The notes under the pieces are model-generated. The model did not search any database. It had not been told where the DNA came from and saw only the letters and a program-made list of their open reading frames with translations. The position numbers were made by a program, and so were the translations under genes. Below, piece by piece: positions 12,481 to 26,539 of a stretch of 64,000 bases of DNA (positions are counted from its first letter, which is position 1; every line of letters begins with the position of its first letter). Origin of the DNA: Octopus sinensis (taxonomy: Eukaryota); contig NC_043005.1 of NCBI RefSeq assembly GCF_006345805.1, positions 23,932,001 through 23,996,000 on the forward strand, given 5' to 3'.

Positions 12481-13616
12481 GGATGTATGCATGCATGTAT
12501 GTGTGTGTAAGTATGAATGTGTGTATGCGTTTGTATGTGTATGTATGCATATATTTATGTTTGAGTAATCTTCTTTTTCCAGAATACCTCTAAATCTTCA
12601 TGAGAGAGCGCATTTTCGACATTTATCGATTGAGGTCTTATATCTATGTAAGCAGCTGATTAATTTGGAACTTATAGTGGAAAAGGATTCACCATTCAAT
12701 AGAGGAAGATCGCCGTGTAACAGCGATATGGTATTCCCGCCAGGGACAAATTCTACAGTTAGACCAGGGACTCGAACGCTCACTATTATGGTAGAAGCTC
12801 TGTAGTTCCTGACCAAGAAGAACTTTCCTTCCCCCTGTGTATTGCTGCTAACCTCTTGCCAACACCATAGACGGAACTGTTTCACAGACGTAGGCTCATT
12901 CAATCATTGCCAGCCAACCAGGCAGGGCGAACAGGCAATGTGGTGAAGCGCCAGTAATCCTGAGATACCTGTTGATGATACGGAAAGGTTTTCAACGTTA
13001 GAAGATCTTGCAATACATCTCACTAACTCCTTCAGGTTTTGCGTGGGGCAAAGCGTCTCCGAAGTGTATCTAACTTGACATGTTAATTATTTGTATTTCA
13101 CTTACTTTAATCTGATGCCAGAGTTTTCACTGACAGATTTCTAGCTCCTATTAGAGGGAGACTGATTAATATATAAGTATATATAAAAGTACATATATAT
13201 ATATGCATGCATATATGTATGCATAAAACCATACATGCACATACATAGATGTGAGTACACACACACATGGCTACAGGCATGGATGTCATTGTATAAGTGG
13301 ATCATAGTACATGCTAAATTTTTTGAACGCTTTACATATTTTAACTGTCTTTTGATGGTTTGTAACATTAATCTCTTCATTAAGCGCGTTCTTTCCGTGA
13401 AGCCTAGCTTCTCAAGATTGGTGCTGCGCCACTTAGTCACGTACGAGTGTGCACCAATAATTATTGGCATAAATCTAAATCTAGAGTTCGTATGTATGTG
13501 CATATGTATGTATGTATGTATTCACACCCGCCCCCATATATATACACATACATATGCTTACATTATATATATGTATGTATGTATGTATGATGTATGTATG
13601 TATGTATGTATGCATG

Positions 13617-13710
<94 letters not shown>

Positions 13711-14299
13711 CATACATACAAACATATATGTGTGTGTGGCCATAATACCATACACACGTATGAATACATATGTATATAAATAGGTATATATACGCATATT
13801 CATACGCACACATATATTTACGCCAAAATAAGAGTCTAGGGTAATATAGTGAAATCTAAAACTTCACAACCTGCACTTCTGACCGATAATCAACCAATGA
13901 ACGGTGAGAACCAAAAGTATTTATTCTTGCGCGGAAAAAAAGCAAAAGAGAAAAAAAGCATAGGCATAGAGTGAAAAATTATAAAAAATATATAAGGGCG
14001 AATACTTTTATTTATGTACTGCAACTTTCATTTCTTTACGCTGAGTTTTTTTTTATATGATTTTAAGTTTGCACATAATATCTAAAAAAATTGACTCCAT
14101 ATATATTTCTGTTCGCTGGAATATCTGATGCCTTAAAATATTCTTTCTAAACCAGTCTCATTTTTAGGCGTTATCTGTCATCTCGGTATAAACCATACAG
14201 TAAATTATCATATTTGGTAATCTCATAAATAATACCTTTTTTATACTTTTTTTTTATTTTGCAGAATTAAGATTAACAAAGTTCTTTTTTTTTTTTTAT

Positions 14300-14690
14300 C
14301 TAAAATATACTCTCCTTCATTTTCTACAATGCCCTTCCATCTATCTGGCAGAGTTGCAAAGCCCCTCTTCTAAAGTTCACTTGTCTGTGACGTAAAATAC
14401 TCTTCCAGTACTGTTCTGATATTGTCTATAGCCTTCGTATTTTCCCATCCAAATGGTTTTGAAGACTACAGAATAAACGATAATCAGATGGGGCGATGTC
14501 CAGCGAATATGGTTGGTGGGGCATCGCTTTCCATTCAAACTGCTCCAGCCTTTGGCATGTCATCCTCTCTGTATGTGGTCAGGCATTATCCTGATAGAAG
14601 AACACCTTTTGCCTTGAAAACAAAGATGGTTGTTTTTCTTCTAGCGCTGACTTAAGCTGCTCAAGCTGGTTGCTGTAGATCTTTGTTATC
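14300..14690 (-). mobile_element. Mariner transposase C-terminal fragment (decayed)
   Basis: Minus strand: FYQDNA*PHT...FEWKAMPHQPYSLDIAPSDYRLFCSLQNHLDG...LPDRWKGIVENEGEY. Confidence 0.85.
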
Positions 14691-16119
14691 GTTTGGTTTG
14701 GGTTTAAAAGTTGAAAGTGGATTAAACCTTTCATATTCCACCAAACAGATAACAACACCTTATGTGGGTGAAGACCTTCTTTAACCTGGAGTGCCGGTGT
14801 TATTCCTTTCCCTACCCACTGTCTCGTCGTTTGAAATTTTTATAGGGAACCCATTTCTCGTCACCAGTCACTATTCTGTTGAAAAAAGGGTACTTTTTCT
14901 TGAGACGTGACAGCAAAGAAGAGCACACATACATTCTCTGACCGTGAATGGACTCTAGGAAAGTTTGAGGAATCTATTGACTTTGTGAGGAATCCATTGA
15001 CCTTGTGAGGAATTCATTGACATTTCTGGAACCACCGTTGATACTGGCTTACGCTTATTGTCCGATCGCCACATACTGCATTGATATTCCTCGTACTTCC
15101 CGTTGCATTGTTACCCTTGTTGAACTCATAAAACAAAATATGCCGATGTGCTCCTTTGCCACTTCCATTATAACCTTGAAAAAATAACTGTTAAAATCGA
15201 ACTACACTCTTCAAAACTTGTACCAAGAATAAGTATAAGGTACCTGCTTTTATATCAAGTTGATGCAGGTAGTTTATCCCGTTTCTCTCCGACTTTTAGT
15301 TCATGCAATTAAAAATAAAACTCGTTATTTATGGGATGAACCAGTACTTGCTGTGTAACATGTAAAATGTAAAAACAAGTAAGCACATATTCTGAAGAAT
15401 GTCGGGTTCCCAGAGTTGGTGGAGGGAATTAATATCATTTATTTTTACTCATAGTTTATTATCTGAAGAAAGCAATGATTTTGGTGCCTGCGTTAATATT
15501 TTGACGTCAGACCATTAATAGAAGTGTAATTGTTGTCGAAAGCTAAGGTTTTTTTTTTTTTTTAGCAAAGTCTTAGTTAATGAGGCAGAGATTAACGATA
15601 TCAATCTTGGTGGATGAATATAAATACTTGCTATCAATAATCTGGAACCAAATGACAGCATTAAAAACAACTATACTGTTATTCCATTATTATGGATTAG
15701 TTAACGATCAAAGTAGCTAGTTCTAAAACCTGTAATCGAGATATAAGTAGTAACAATACTACACGGTAACATTTTTTGCCACTATAACATGGTTGTTTTA
15801 CTACAATTTAACCCCAGGAAAACGTCCTTTCCAGCTGGTTAATGACACATAACCTGTGTCCGATATATTGTGAGTAAGGGCGCGAATCACTCCCTTCCAA
15901 CTTGGTATGACCAGTAGACCATGGTTCCTGGGTGGGTACCTGTCATCGGTAGTGGATATCTACCCGATAGACATGGCAGTCAATCGTCACTACGCAAAAT
16001 ATATAAACAGCTGTTTAAATTAGTTGTTTGTTTAATAATAGCGACAATATTGTCTAAAATACAAATACATTTCAGAAATTTAAAAATTTTTCAGGAGGGA
16101 CATCTATCTTAGATTATTG

Positions 16120-17391
16120 TATTGGTTTGTCCGGAAAGTTCGTGCCGATTTTTAAAGGAAAGAAGACGTCAATAAATACTTGCCATTAAATTTTTAATCA
16201 ACCTAATATGAACCATTTTGTTGCACAATGCGTCTCCATCTTTCCTTTAACTTGAAAATACCCTCTTCCCAGGTGGTTTTACGGCAAAGAATTCATCAAG
16301 GTATGTTTTTACGTCAATAAAGGAATTGAAATTGTTACCATTAAGACTATTCTCCAGAGACCTGAACAAGTGGAAATCCGAAGGAGCAATATCTGGTGAA
16401 TATGGAGGGTGGGGTAACACATCCCAGCCAAACTGCAGCAATTTTTATCTGGTTCCCAAAGAAACGTGCGGTCTTGCATTATCATGTTGGAAAACAACAC
16501 CCTGGCTAATTCTGTTGGCTAATTCTGGACGCTTCTCTTGAATTGCTGCTTTTAACTCGTCCAGTTGTGTGCAGTATTTCTCAGAATTAATTGTCTGGTT
16601 ACTTGGGAGAAGCTCATAGTACAGAATTCTTTTCCAATCCCACTAGACACAAAGCAAGACTTTTTTTTAGTGTGAAGACCCGCTTTTGGGTTGGCTAAGG
16701 GTGGCTCATGCCGCTTACTCCAGGGTCGCTTTCTCTGAACATTTCGGTAGATAATCCATTTCTCATTACCTGTCACAAGTTGCTTTAAAAAAGGCGCGTT
16801 TTCATTCCGTTTATAAAGCGAATCACAGATGGAGATGCGATCCAAAAGGTTTTTCTCATTCAACTCATGTGGTACCCAAACATCGTTGCGATATATGTAC
16901 CCAGGTGCTCATGAACGACGGATTTTGATAGGTTGAGGCTTTCTGCCAATTCTCGAGTTGTGCAATGTGGGTTATTCTCAATTAATGACTTGATTTGGTC
17001 TTCATCTGTAGTGGATGGTCTGCCTGATCGCTCTTTATCAGGCTACAATCTCCAGCTCGGAACCTTGCCAACCATTTCCGTACATTTCTTTCTGATAAAG
17101 AAACATCACTGTAAACTGAGCATATTTCTTTGGTTGCTTGTAAGGCATTTTCCCTTTACGGAAAAGAAAAGCATCAAGTGTCGAAAATGAACTTTGTTAT
17201 CTACCATTTTAAAGGGTTACAGAATTAATACAGGTTATAGGAACATAAACCTTCTTCCACGAAAAGATAGCTTAAACTGTGCTCTAAATGGAGGTGTAGT
17301 CAAATCCTATTTTATGTACTCAACCATGTTCTAAAATAAGTTGAAAGGTAAGTTGCTTTAAATCGGCACGAACTTTCCGGACAACCCAATA
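16120..17391 (-). mobile_element. Full-length (~1.27 kb) mariner transposon with disrupted transposase
   Basis: TIRs TTGG(T/G)TTGTCCGGAAAGTTCGTGCCGATTT at both ends with TA duplication; fragments LVTGNEKWIIY and WDVLPHPPYSPDIAPSDFHLFRSL. Confidence 0.95.
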
Positions 17392-17513
17392 ATTTTAATA
17401 TCTCATAACTATACATCCAATAAGCTGACATGCCAACTTTTTAAATTTTAAATTTAAGGAGACAGTTGTAACAACACTTTGAACACACTCTACTAAACAC
17501 GAAGCCCGTCGTA

Positions 17514-17642
<129 letters not shown>

Positions 17643-17988
17643 GCTCAATACTGCAGACTTGCTTGTCAGTTGTTTGACCGTAACCAGTTGAGCATGTCCC
17701 TTAGTGGCTGACGATATGTGCATCTCTGATCACGAGCAGAAGTAGTTGGGGAGCATCATAGCCATGTGTTGAGAGGGATTTTTGGGGTTTGAATAATTCA
17801 CCTCTGGAAACATGGGTGTTTCGTTCCACATCCTTAAACAATTCTTATTCAGGGACCTTTTTGAACAGGATGGGTTACTCGACCAGAAGAAAATTCTAAC
17901 TGAGCCCCCACCTGCAAGGTCATGTGCTGTTTATCTTGATATTTGATCACCATGTTGCGCACATATGGCATGCACTGCTCTCTCATTC

Positions 17989-18030
<42 letters not shown>

Positions 18031-18031
<1 letters not shown>

Positions 18032-18728
18032 GATAGAGCTGCACAATATATTCACTGGGTAATTTGCAAAAACCTGGATTTGCCCCATGAAAAAAACTGG
18101 TGGGAACACAATCCACCTTCAGTGCTTGAAAATGACCACATCTCACTCCTCTGGAACTTCACCATTCAAACCGACAGAAAGATAGATGCAAATAGGCCAG
18201 ACATCATATTGAAAGACTTCAGACAAAGAACATGCCTCCTCATTGATATGGCTGTCCCAATCGATATAAACGTATCTGTCAAGACCTACCAAAAACTGAG
18301 CAAATATAAAGATCTTGAAATAGAAATCAGCAAAATGTGGAACCTGAAGACTAAAACAATACCTGTTGTCATAGGTGCCCTGGGAATGATAGCGAAAGGG
18401 GCTGATTGCTACCTAACTCAGATACCAGGAAACCCCAAAATGGCAGAAATTCAAAAGATAGTGCTCATGGGAACTGCTCATATCCTACGCAAAATACTCT
18501 CTATGTAATCCCAAGGTTTAAAACAATATTTAAAAAAAAAATTTATTTATTAGACATTCACTAGTACAACACCAAAAACACCCCGAAATATATGGCACAC
18601 TAGGCATAACAACAACGTGAACTTCCAACCTGTTGTCTCTTGAGGTCTCTGGGTGAGACTTGGAGCCAACTTGTACAGATATAAAGCAAAAGTCAAACAT
18701 AGAATAATAATAATAATAATAATAATAA
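18031..18728 (+). mobile_element. 5'-truncated R4/Dong-type LINE, restriction-like endonuclease domain, in a (TAA)n tract
   Basis: YIHWVICK...WWEHNP..VLEND...LWNFTIQTDRKIDANRPDII...IDMAVP...KYKDL...IPVVIGALG; (AAT)n on both sides. Confidence 0.9.
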
Positions 18729-19315
18729 AATATTTTATTTTTTTCATTGTCACTCATATGAGGTAGCGATTATCAGGTTGCGCAATTACCAGTGTTTTTA
18801 TTGTGACACAAATACTAGATTATCATTATTAGCCTATAAGGAGACTCCACCCGTTTCCTTTCATTATTATCATCACTGATATCACTGGTATTATTGTTTT
18901 TATGCGTAGTATTAGCAGTGGTTGCACCAACAGCAACAGTAGCAGGGGTGGGATAGTGTTAAGGGTGGTAGTTGGGCCTCAGATTCCTGTGTTATCATAA
19001 TAGTAGTAGTTGTAGTATTATTGTAATATTAGTAATATTTAGCATCAGCAACTGCAGCATATTATCATTATTTTTAATTTTTTTCATTATCACCATCACC
19101 ACCACTACCATTGTAGTTGGGCATCAGATTGGTGAATAGATCATATTCTTCAGGCCTATAAATAGATTCGGCAGATGGTAGAGAAGTCAGTCATAGAGAC
19201 AAAAGGATCTTCGTACCCCTTCGGTTCAGCTGAGGTCAAATGTGTTTACTACTACCAGTGGCCGCTGACAGCGCTGCCTTGGAAAGGACCAAATTTGTAG
19301 AGTAAATTGTATTAA

Positions 19316-19346
<31 letters not shown>

Positions 19347-19469
19347 TCTACACATATGTACATATACATAAATAAAACGAATCCCGATTCTCCATCCCAT
19401 GTAAGCACAAGAATCAAACAATGGATTGAAAAAACTGAATAGTGATATAAATATCAACACAATTATTTC

Positions 19470-19572
19470 TTTTTCCTCTTTTTCTTCTTTCTTCTCTTCT
19501 CCAACCACACTCCTTCCAGATTCACAGGCACCCGCACACACACGCACGCACACACACACACACACACACACA

Positions 19573-19611
<39 letters not shown>

Positions 19612-20380
19612 CTTCACAAAACAATAATAAAAAGAAATCCAGACAATTCTGTTTTGAAATGGCCAATTTCTAAAAACCAAAAATCATTTACAGTTGCAAA
19701 AATATAAACAAAAGTGGCATTCTTGACCATTGCTAACAACTTGACCATTCCTCCTTAGTACCTCTTTCAGATACAAAAACACAAACACACACACACGCGC
19801 ACATAAACACACACACGCACACTCTCTCACAAGACAATGATAAAAAGGAAATACCATTTATGGTCTTCTTTCTCTCCCTTTTCTTCCTTTCCTTCTTTTT
19901 CTTTAACACCCTTTCAGATACAAAAACACACACACACACACGCACACACATGCACACACACATGCTCTCTCTCACTTTCATCCCATTCATCACCCTCTTG
20001 TACTATCTTATATCCCTCCCCACCACTACACACTCAATAACACTATAAAATGGTCAAATTTTCCCCAAGATCTTAGAGCCCATTGGAGTAAACATCCTGA
20101 CCAACTAAAAAAGAAACCAGCAAAACAATTTTTTCTTCTTCCTTCTCTCCCTTTTCTTCTTTTCCTTCTTTTTCTTTAACACCTCTTTCAGATACAAACA
20201 CACACACACACACAAGCACACACACACACACACAGACACACACGCACACACGCACAGACACACACATGCTCTCTCTCACTTTCTCCCCATTAATCACCCT
20301 CTTGTACTATCTTATATCCCTCCACACCACTACCCACTCACTAACACTATAAAATGGTCAAATTTTCCCACAAGAACTTA
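19470..20380. repeat. Degenerate tandem repeat of ~270-bp CT/CA-rich units (clearest at ~19860-20070 and ~20130-20375)
   Basis: Repeated CTTTCAGATACAAA-(CA)n-ATGCTCTCTCTCACTTT...CACTATAAAATGGTCAAATTTTCCC. Confidence 0.7.
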
Positions 20381-20568
20381 GTTCAATTTGAAAACACCTC
20401 TAGAATGGACGAAAGCGCTAATATATGATATATAATATATGTTATATGATGTATAAAAACATGTAATATACAAATAAATATGTAAAATACAAATAAATAT
20501 AAAACCATCCGAATTTCTGAGTACCTCATTTCTTCTAATATAAAATACCTGTACATCATCTCCAAACC

Positions 20569-20622
<54 letters not shown>

Positions 20623-20764
20623 TAATAATAATATTAGGGAATAAATCCAATTTTGTATTATAAATATATTATATTATATTATATTATATTAAATTAGAGA
20701 TAAAACCACTATTAGGCAAATCAAACAGTGAAAAACATAAGCCAATACATAAAATTATATATAT

Positions 20765-21368
20765 ATTCTGTTTTTGATTCGACGGTCATTCGGAATGCTC
20801 ACAGCAGCCATATTCCTACCACTCTATGTCACGCTGGTGAGACCCATATTGGAGTATGGAATTCAAGCCTCTTCTCCTTATCTCCTCAAAGACATACAGC
20901 ATCTCGAAAGAGTCCAGAGGCTGGCTACCCGCATGGTTCATGGTCTCAAAAATTTGTCCTACGAAGAAAGGCTGAGGACGCTTGACCTTTATTCTCTTGA
21001 AAAACGTCGCCGCCGTGGTGATCTCATTCTCGCCCACAACATCATAAGCGGGAAGTGTAACCTCTCGAAAGAGCTGTTCTTCACTCCTGCTCCGGAGCGT
21101 CGGCTGCGGGGTCATTCCGAAAAGCTCTACCTGCGACGATTTCATCTCAATCGAAGGAGAGGAGCTTTCTCCGTCCGGGTTGCGGATCCGTGGAACAAGC
21201 TGCCAGACGAGATGGTGAAGATGCCGACGACTGCTTTGTTCAAAGCCTCCCTGGACCTCAAGTGGCCTGAACTCTTTACATGAACACCACCCTGTACTTA
21301 ACTCCATGTCCCCCTACATGGCCTTGCTATTTGCTTTTGAGCCAAATTAACTAACTAACTAACTAACT

Positions 21369-21372
<4 letters not shown>
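20765..21372 (+). mobile_element. CR1 LINE 3' fragment with (CTAA)n tail
   Basis: Open 169-aa frame LYVTLVRPILEYG...LERVQRLATRMV..L..LSYEERLRTLDLYSLEKRRRRGDLI...WNKLP. Confidence 0.93.
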
Positions 21373-21434
<62 letters not shown>

Positions 21435-21517
21435 GGTCCCGGGTTGATTCGGGGTTAACCACAGTAAATAAGGTACTCATCAATACTAGTAGAGTAAAAT
21501 TAATTATTATATAGAAG

Positions 21518-21567
21518 GCTTCTACAGGACTAGAACTGTTTCATTCAAGAGAAATCTTCAGGAAGCT
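21518..21567 (-). ncRNA. Type I hammerhead ribozyme motif (inverted copy of 24243-24293)
   Basis: Same core and stems on the minus strand. Confidence 0.6.
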
Positions 21568-21869
21568 AGTTAACAAGAATTGTATTGGCATTTATACATT
21601 TAGGCAGGTTTAAAGGGGTGTTGGTGGGGGACTTTTTGGGGGTAGGCATAGCGCAAAATATCATACTTGGGGGAGTGGTCAAGGAGTCAGTGTTAAATTA
21701 GATAGAAGAACACACACTGAACTTTCTAGAAATAGCAGCCAAAAAAGTTTTTTAGCCTCTTCCACTACTTAGAGAATATTTTCCCTCAGACATTATTTAC
21801 TCAAAAAAATAATGGTCCTTTTACATACTGAATACTTGGTGAAATTGATTAATAACTAATTAACTTTAC

Positions 21870-21950
21870 CCTCAATTGTTGATATATGTATGTGTGTGTA
21901 GATGTGTGTATGTATATGTATATGTACATGTATGTATGTGTGTATGTATG

Positions 21951-22009
<59 letters not shown>

Positions 22010-22018
22010 GTGTATACA

Positions 22019-22053
<35 letters not shown>

Positions 22054-22268
22054 ATATGTGTATTATGTATATATTTATATATATATATATGTATATGTAT
22101 GTGTGTGTGTATATGTATATATGTGTATATATATGAGTGTACGCGAGTATGTCGATGTATATGTAGGTATGTAGAGTTATGTGTATGTGCATGTATGTGA
22201 GTGTAGATACAAACTGTAGATGCGTATATATATGTGTGTGTATATATACATGTATATAGGTATATGTA

Positions 22269-22329
<61 letters not shown>

Positions 22330-23591
22330 GCGAGTATGTAGAGATATAAGTATGTGCATGTGTATATATGTGTGTATATATATGTATAGGTATGTGTATG
22401 TGTATGTATGTATATATATATATGTGTGTGTGTATGTATGCATATATGTATGTATGTATGTATATGTGTATGTATATATATGTGTGTAAGTGTGTGTATA
22501 TATGTATATGTAAGTGTGTGTGCGTGTATGAGTATGCATGTATGAATAACTGCGCGTATATATATTTTACTATTTACTTATTTTTTGAGTATGCATGTAA
22601 GTATGAATATAAGGAGGCACGTGTGTGTGTGTGTGTATGTGTAAGCATAGATATATGTATACTTTTACGCATGTGTGTACTTATGTGTATATATGGATGC
22701 GCGTGTGTGTGTGTGTATGGGTACGCATGTACATGTGTATGTGCGTGTATGGGTATATGAGTATGTATGTATGTGTGTGCGTATATTTGTATATGTATGT
22801 ATGTATATGTATGTGTGTGTATGTATATATATATATATATAATATATGTGTGTGTGTGTATGTGTATGTATGTATATGTATATGCGTATGTGTATGTATT
22901 TGTATGTGTATGCATGCGCGTATATATATGTACGTATATGTATACGTGTGGGTGTGTGTATGTGTATAAATGTATGGTATTATGGATGTATGGATGTATG
23001 TATGTATGTATACGTATGTATGTGTATGTGTGTATATGTATGTATGTGTATGTGTGTGTATATTGTATATATATATATATGTATACGTGTATATGTATGT
23101 ATATGTTATATATATATATATGTATATATATATGTATGTATATATATGTGAATATGTATGTATATGTATATATATATAACATGTATGTATTTGTATGTAG
23201 GTTATATGTATGTGTGTGTATTATATTTATTGTGTATATGTATAGACTAGCCTTCTAAGAGTGTAGACATGAATCTGTAGGTACGCGTACGTATGTGTAT
23301 ATACGTGAATGTATGTAGATGTATGTATGTATGAATATAACGCGTGCGTGCGTGTATGTGAATGAGTGTGCGAATGAGTGAGTATACGTGCTAAAGAGTG
23401 TGCGTGAGTAAATGAGTGCTTGTTTTCCAGTAGACAGATAAATGGACTGGCTGTCATAGCCAAGATGTTTGTGACCAGCGATCAAAGATAACAAAAGTAA
23501 TAAATGAAGATAATAAAATTAAAATTAGGGAATGGGTCTGTATTTGTATGTGTATATATATGTGTGTATGTGTAGGTATGCATAGGTACAC

Positions 23592-23635
<44 letters not shown>

Positions 23636-24005
23636 ATGTATGTGTGTGTATAGTGTGTGTATGTTATATATGTGTATATCAGGGACTAGTGTGCTGTTGT
23701 GCATATGTGTGTGTGGATTGTGTTGTGGATATGTGTGTGTATGCGTGTATGTGAGTATGTGTGTGTATGTGTATATATATTTTTTCTGTGTGTATATGTA
23801 TGTGTGGTCGTGTGTTGTATATATACATGTGTGTATACGTGTATGCATGTGAGTGTGTGTATGTATACATATATGTGTATGTTTAGATATGTATATGTAT
23901 GTGTAAGTGTATATATATGTATATATGTGTGTGTGTACGTATGTGTGTATGTATATGTATATATGTTTGTATGTGTGTGTATATATGTATACATATGTGC
24001 ATAGG
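21870..24005. repeat. ~2.1-kb cryptic purine-pyrimidine alternating (TA/TG) low-complexity tract
   Basis: Direct reading; short unique interruption ~23250-23540. Confidence 0.9.
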
Positions 24006-24242
24006 TATAATGAGAATCTCCTTATTTACCTAAAACTCTATTCCCTTTTTTTATATATATTTTTATATATTTTTTTATATATTTTTTATTTTTTTTTTAT
24101 TCTTCTATCTAATTTAACACTGACTCCTTGACCACTCCCCCAAGTATGATATTTTGCGCTATGCCTACCCCCAAAAAGTCCCCCACCAACACCCCTTTAA
24201 ACCTGCCTAAATGTATAAATGCCAATACAATTCTTGTTAACT

Positions 24243-24293
24243 AGCTTCCTGAAGATTTCTCTTGAATGAAACAGTTCTAGTCCTGTAGAAGCT
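24243..24293 (+). ncRNA. Type I hammerhead ribozyme motif, canonical CUGAAGA core
   Basis: AGCTTC-CTGAAGA-TTTCTCTTGAAT-GAAA-CAG-TTCTAGTC-CTG-TA-GAAGCT: 6-bp stem I, 4-bp stem III, GUA site, weak stem II. Confidence 0.65.
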
Positions 24294-24330
24294 CCTTCTA
24301 TATAATAAATAAATATATATATATAATATA

Positions 24331-24368
<38 letters not shown>

Positions 24369-24384
24369 TAATATATAATATATA

Positions 24385-24423
<39 letters not shown>

Positions 24424-24499
24424 ATGGTCTTATATGAATATGGATGTATATGTAATTAAATTTAATAGATTTGATCTAATCTTCCCGGCAGCTCGCTGT

Positions 24500-24922
24500 C
24501 ATTCGTAATAAGCCAGACATAGTCTTAATTAAGAAAGAAAACAAATTATGCTAGATCATAGAATTAGCATGCCCAGCTGACAACAAGGTATGCGATAAGG
24601 AAGAAAGAGAAGTCGAGAGATATGACAGGTTAGCTTGGGAAGTTAAACAGTTGTGGTCGATGAAAAAGGAAGCAGTAGTACCAATAATTGTCGGATCCCT
24701 GGGAACAGTGAGCAAAAATCCCGAGAAGTACGTGTAACAAATAGGGGTTGCATTAAGGGTGGAGCACCTGCAGAAAACAGCACGGCTTGGAACCGCTCGA
24801 ATACTTCGGAAAGTGCTCGAAAAATAAGAGGTGTTACCTTAGTTCAATGGTAGTGAATAGCTGACACCGTAGTACATCTCAAGCATTAGAAGCTGTGCAA
24901 GGGCAATAACAACAAAAACAAC

Positions 24923-24985
<63 letters not shown>

Positions 24986-25005
24986 TATTATTATTATTAT
25001 TATCA
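24500..25005 (+). mobile_element. R4/Dong-type LINE 3' fragment with (AAT)n tail
   Basis: RNKPDIVLIKK..IIELACPAD...ERYDRLAWEVKQLW...VPIIVGSLG...LQKTARLGTARILRKVL. Confidence 0.88.
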
Positions 25006-25644
25006 TTGCGCCTGGTCGACCTTGCCTTTCATCCTTTCGGGATCGATAAATTAAGTACGAGTGAAACACTAGGGTCGATGTAATCGACTTATCCACCTCC
25101 CCAAAATGGTTGCCCTTGGGCACTGTATTCCTATTGACGAAATTATCAGCAAATCTGTGAAAGCAATAGCGACAAGGGGTTGGGGGGAAGACGCTGACTA
25201 AAGAAATGAAAGTAACCGAAAGACAGAAGAAAGAACTCGGGAGAGATACAAATGGAAGATTGAATAATTTAAGACATGGGAAGAACATTACAGGAGATAG
25301 CAGAAACGATTTCGATTGTTTATGTGTGTTTTGTAATTATTATGATAAACATAGCTGTAAGGTACTAGAATGGTATAAAAGGAATGAAAGTTAGAGTCTT
25401 ACAATAAAGAATTACGTGTGTATCTTTGGGAGTGCATTACAATATTAATCAGACAGAACGAACTGAACAATAGAAGTAAAAGATAAATACATTGGCCAAG
25501 AACTGAGAATGACTTGTGGAACATTATACGAGTTGGGAGTGAGCTTCTCCAGAAACACTTGTTGCTCCGGGCCGACTAGTGCGTTGTGTGCAAATATGGT
25601 TAACGGAAACTGTGGAAGGTCATCGATTGTGTGCATGCACGTAT

Positions 25645-25687
<43 letters not shown>

Positions 25688-25723
25688 TACACTCACAAAC
25701 ACACACACACACCACACACACGC

Positions 25724-25764
<41 letters not shown>

Positions 25765-25784
25765 CTCTTACATATATATACATT

Positions 25785-25945
25785 CTTTTATTCTTTTATT
25801 CTTTGTTTCACTCATTATTTGACTGCGGCCATGCTGTAGTACCGTCTTAATCGATTTAATCGACTCCGGGACTTGTAAGTCTAGTACTTACTCTATTGGT
25901 CTGTTTTGCGGAACTGCTAAGTCACACACTCACATCGGTTGTCAA

Positions 25946-26039
<94 letters not shown>

Positions 26040-26263
26040 CACACACACACACACACACACACCACACACACACACACACATATATATACTCTTACATATA
26101 TATACATTCTTTTATTCTTTGTTTCACTCATTATTTGACTGCGGCCATGCTGTAGTACCGTCTTAATCGATTTAATCGACTCCGGGACTTGTAAGTCTAG
26201 TACTTACTCTATTGGTCTGTTTTGCGGAACTGCTAAGTCACACACTCACATCGGTTGTCAAAT

Positions 26264-26301
<38 letters not shown>

Positions 26302-26338
26302 ACACACACACACACACGCGCACACACACACACACACA

Positions 26339-26401
<63 letters not shown>

Positions 26402-26525
26402 CGGCGGGCTTCTTTCAGTTTCCGTCTACCAAATCCACTCACAAAGCTTTTCGGCCCGAGGCTATAGTAGAAGACACTCAGAACCATAAGATGTGGGATC
26501 AAGCTTCTTTGCCGCACAGCCACGC
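25785..26525 (-). mobile_element. Family A SINE with a tandemly duplicated 3' half and expanded (CA)n
   Basis: Two ~316-bp units (ORFs 25896 and 26212 start identically) plus a SINE 5' half at ~26400-26525. Confidence 0.75.
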
Positions 26526-26539
26526 TTACATACACACAT

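Larger units (their letters stand above)
21511..24302. mobile_element. Inverted pair of ~200-bp PLE-type pseudo-LTRs (21511-21710 and 24100-24302) around a low-complexity tract
   Basis: Reverse-complement match; each carries a hammerhead motif; weak PLE C-terminus-like sequence at ~21720-21860 (-). Confidence 0.75.

Noticed and set aside
12581-12647. Possible + strand exon (TTTTTCCAG| ... |GTAAGC)
   Set aside because: Only 67 nt, unrecognisable peptide; such site pairs are expected by chance in AT-rich DNA
12600-13080. GC-richer block that might be an LTR-retroelement pol fragment
   Set aside because: No diagnostic RT or integrase motif could be reconstructed
19470-20380. CRISPR-like or functional repeat array
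   Set aside because: Degenerate CA/CT-rich tandem units without unique spacers, in eukaryotic context
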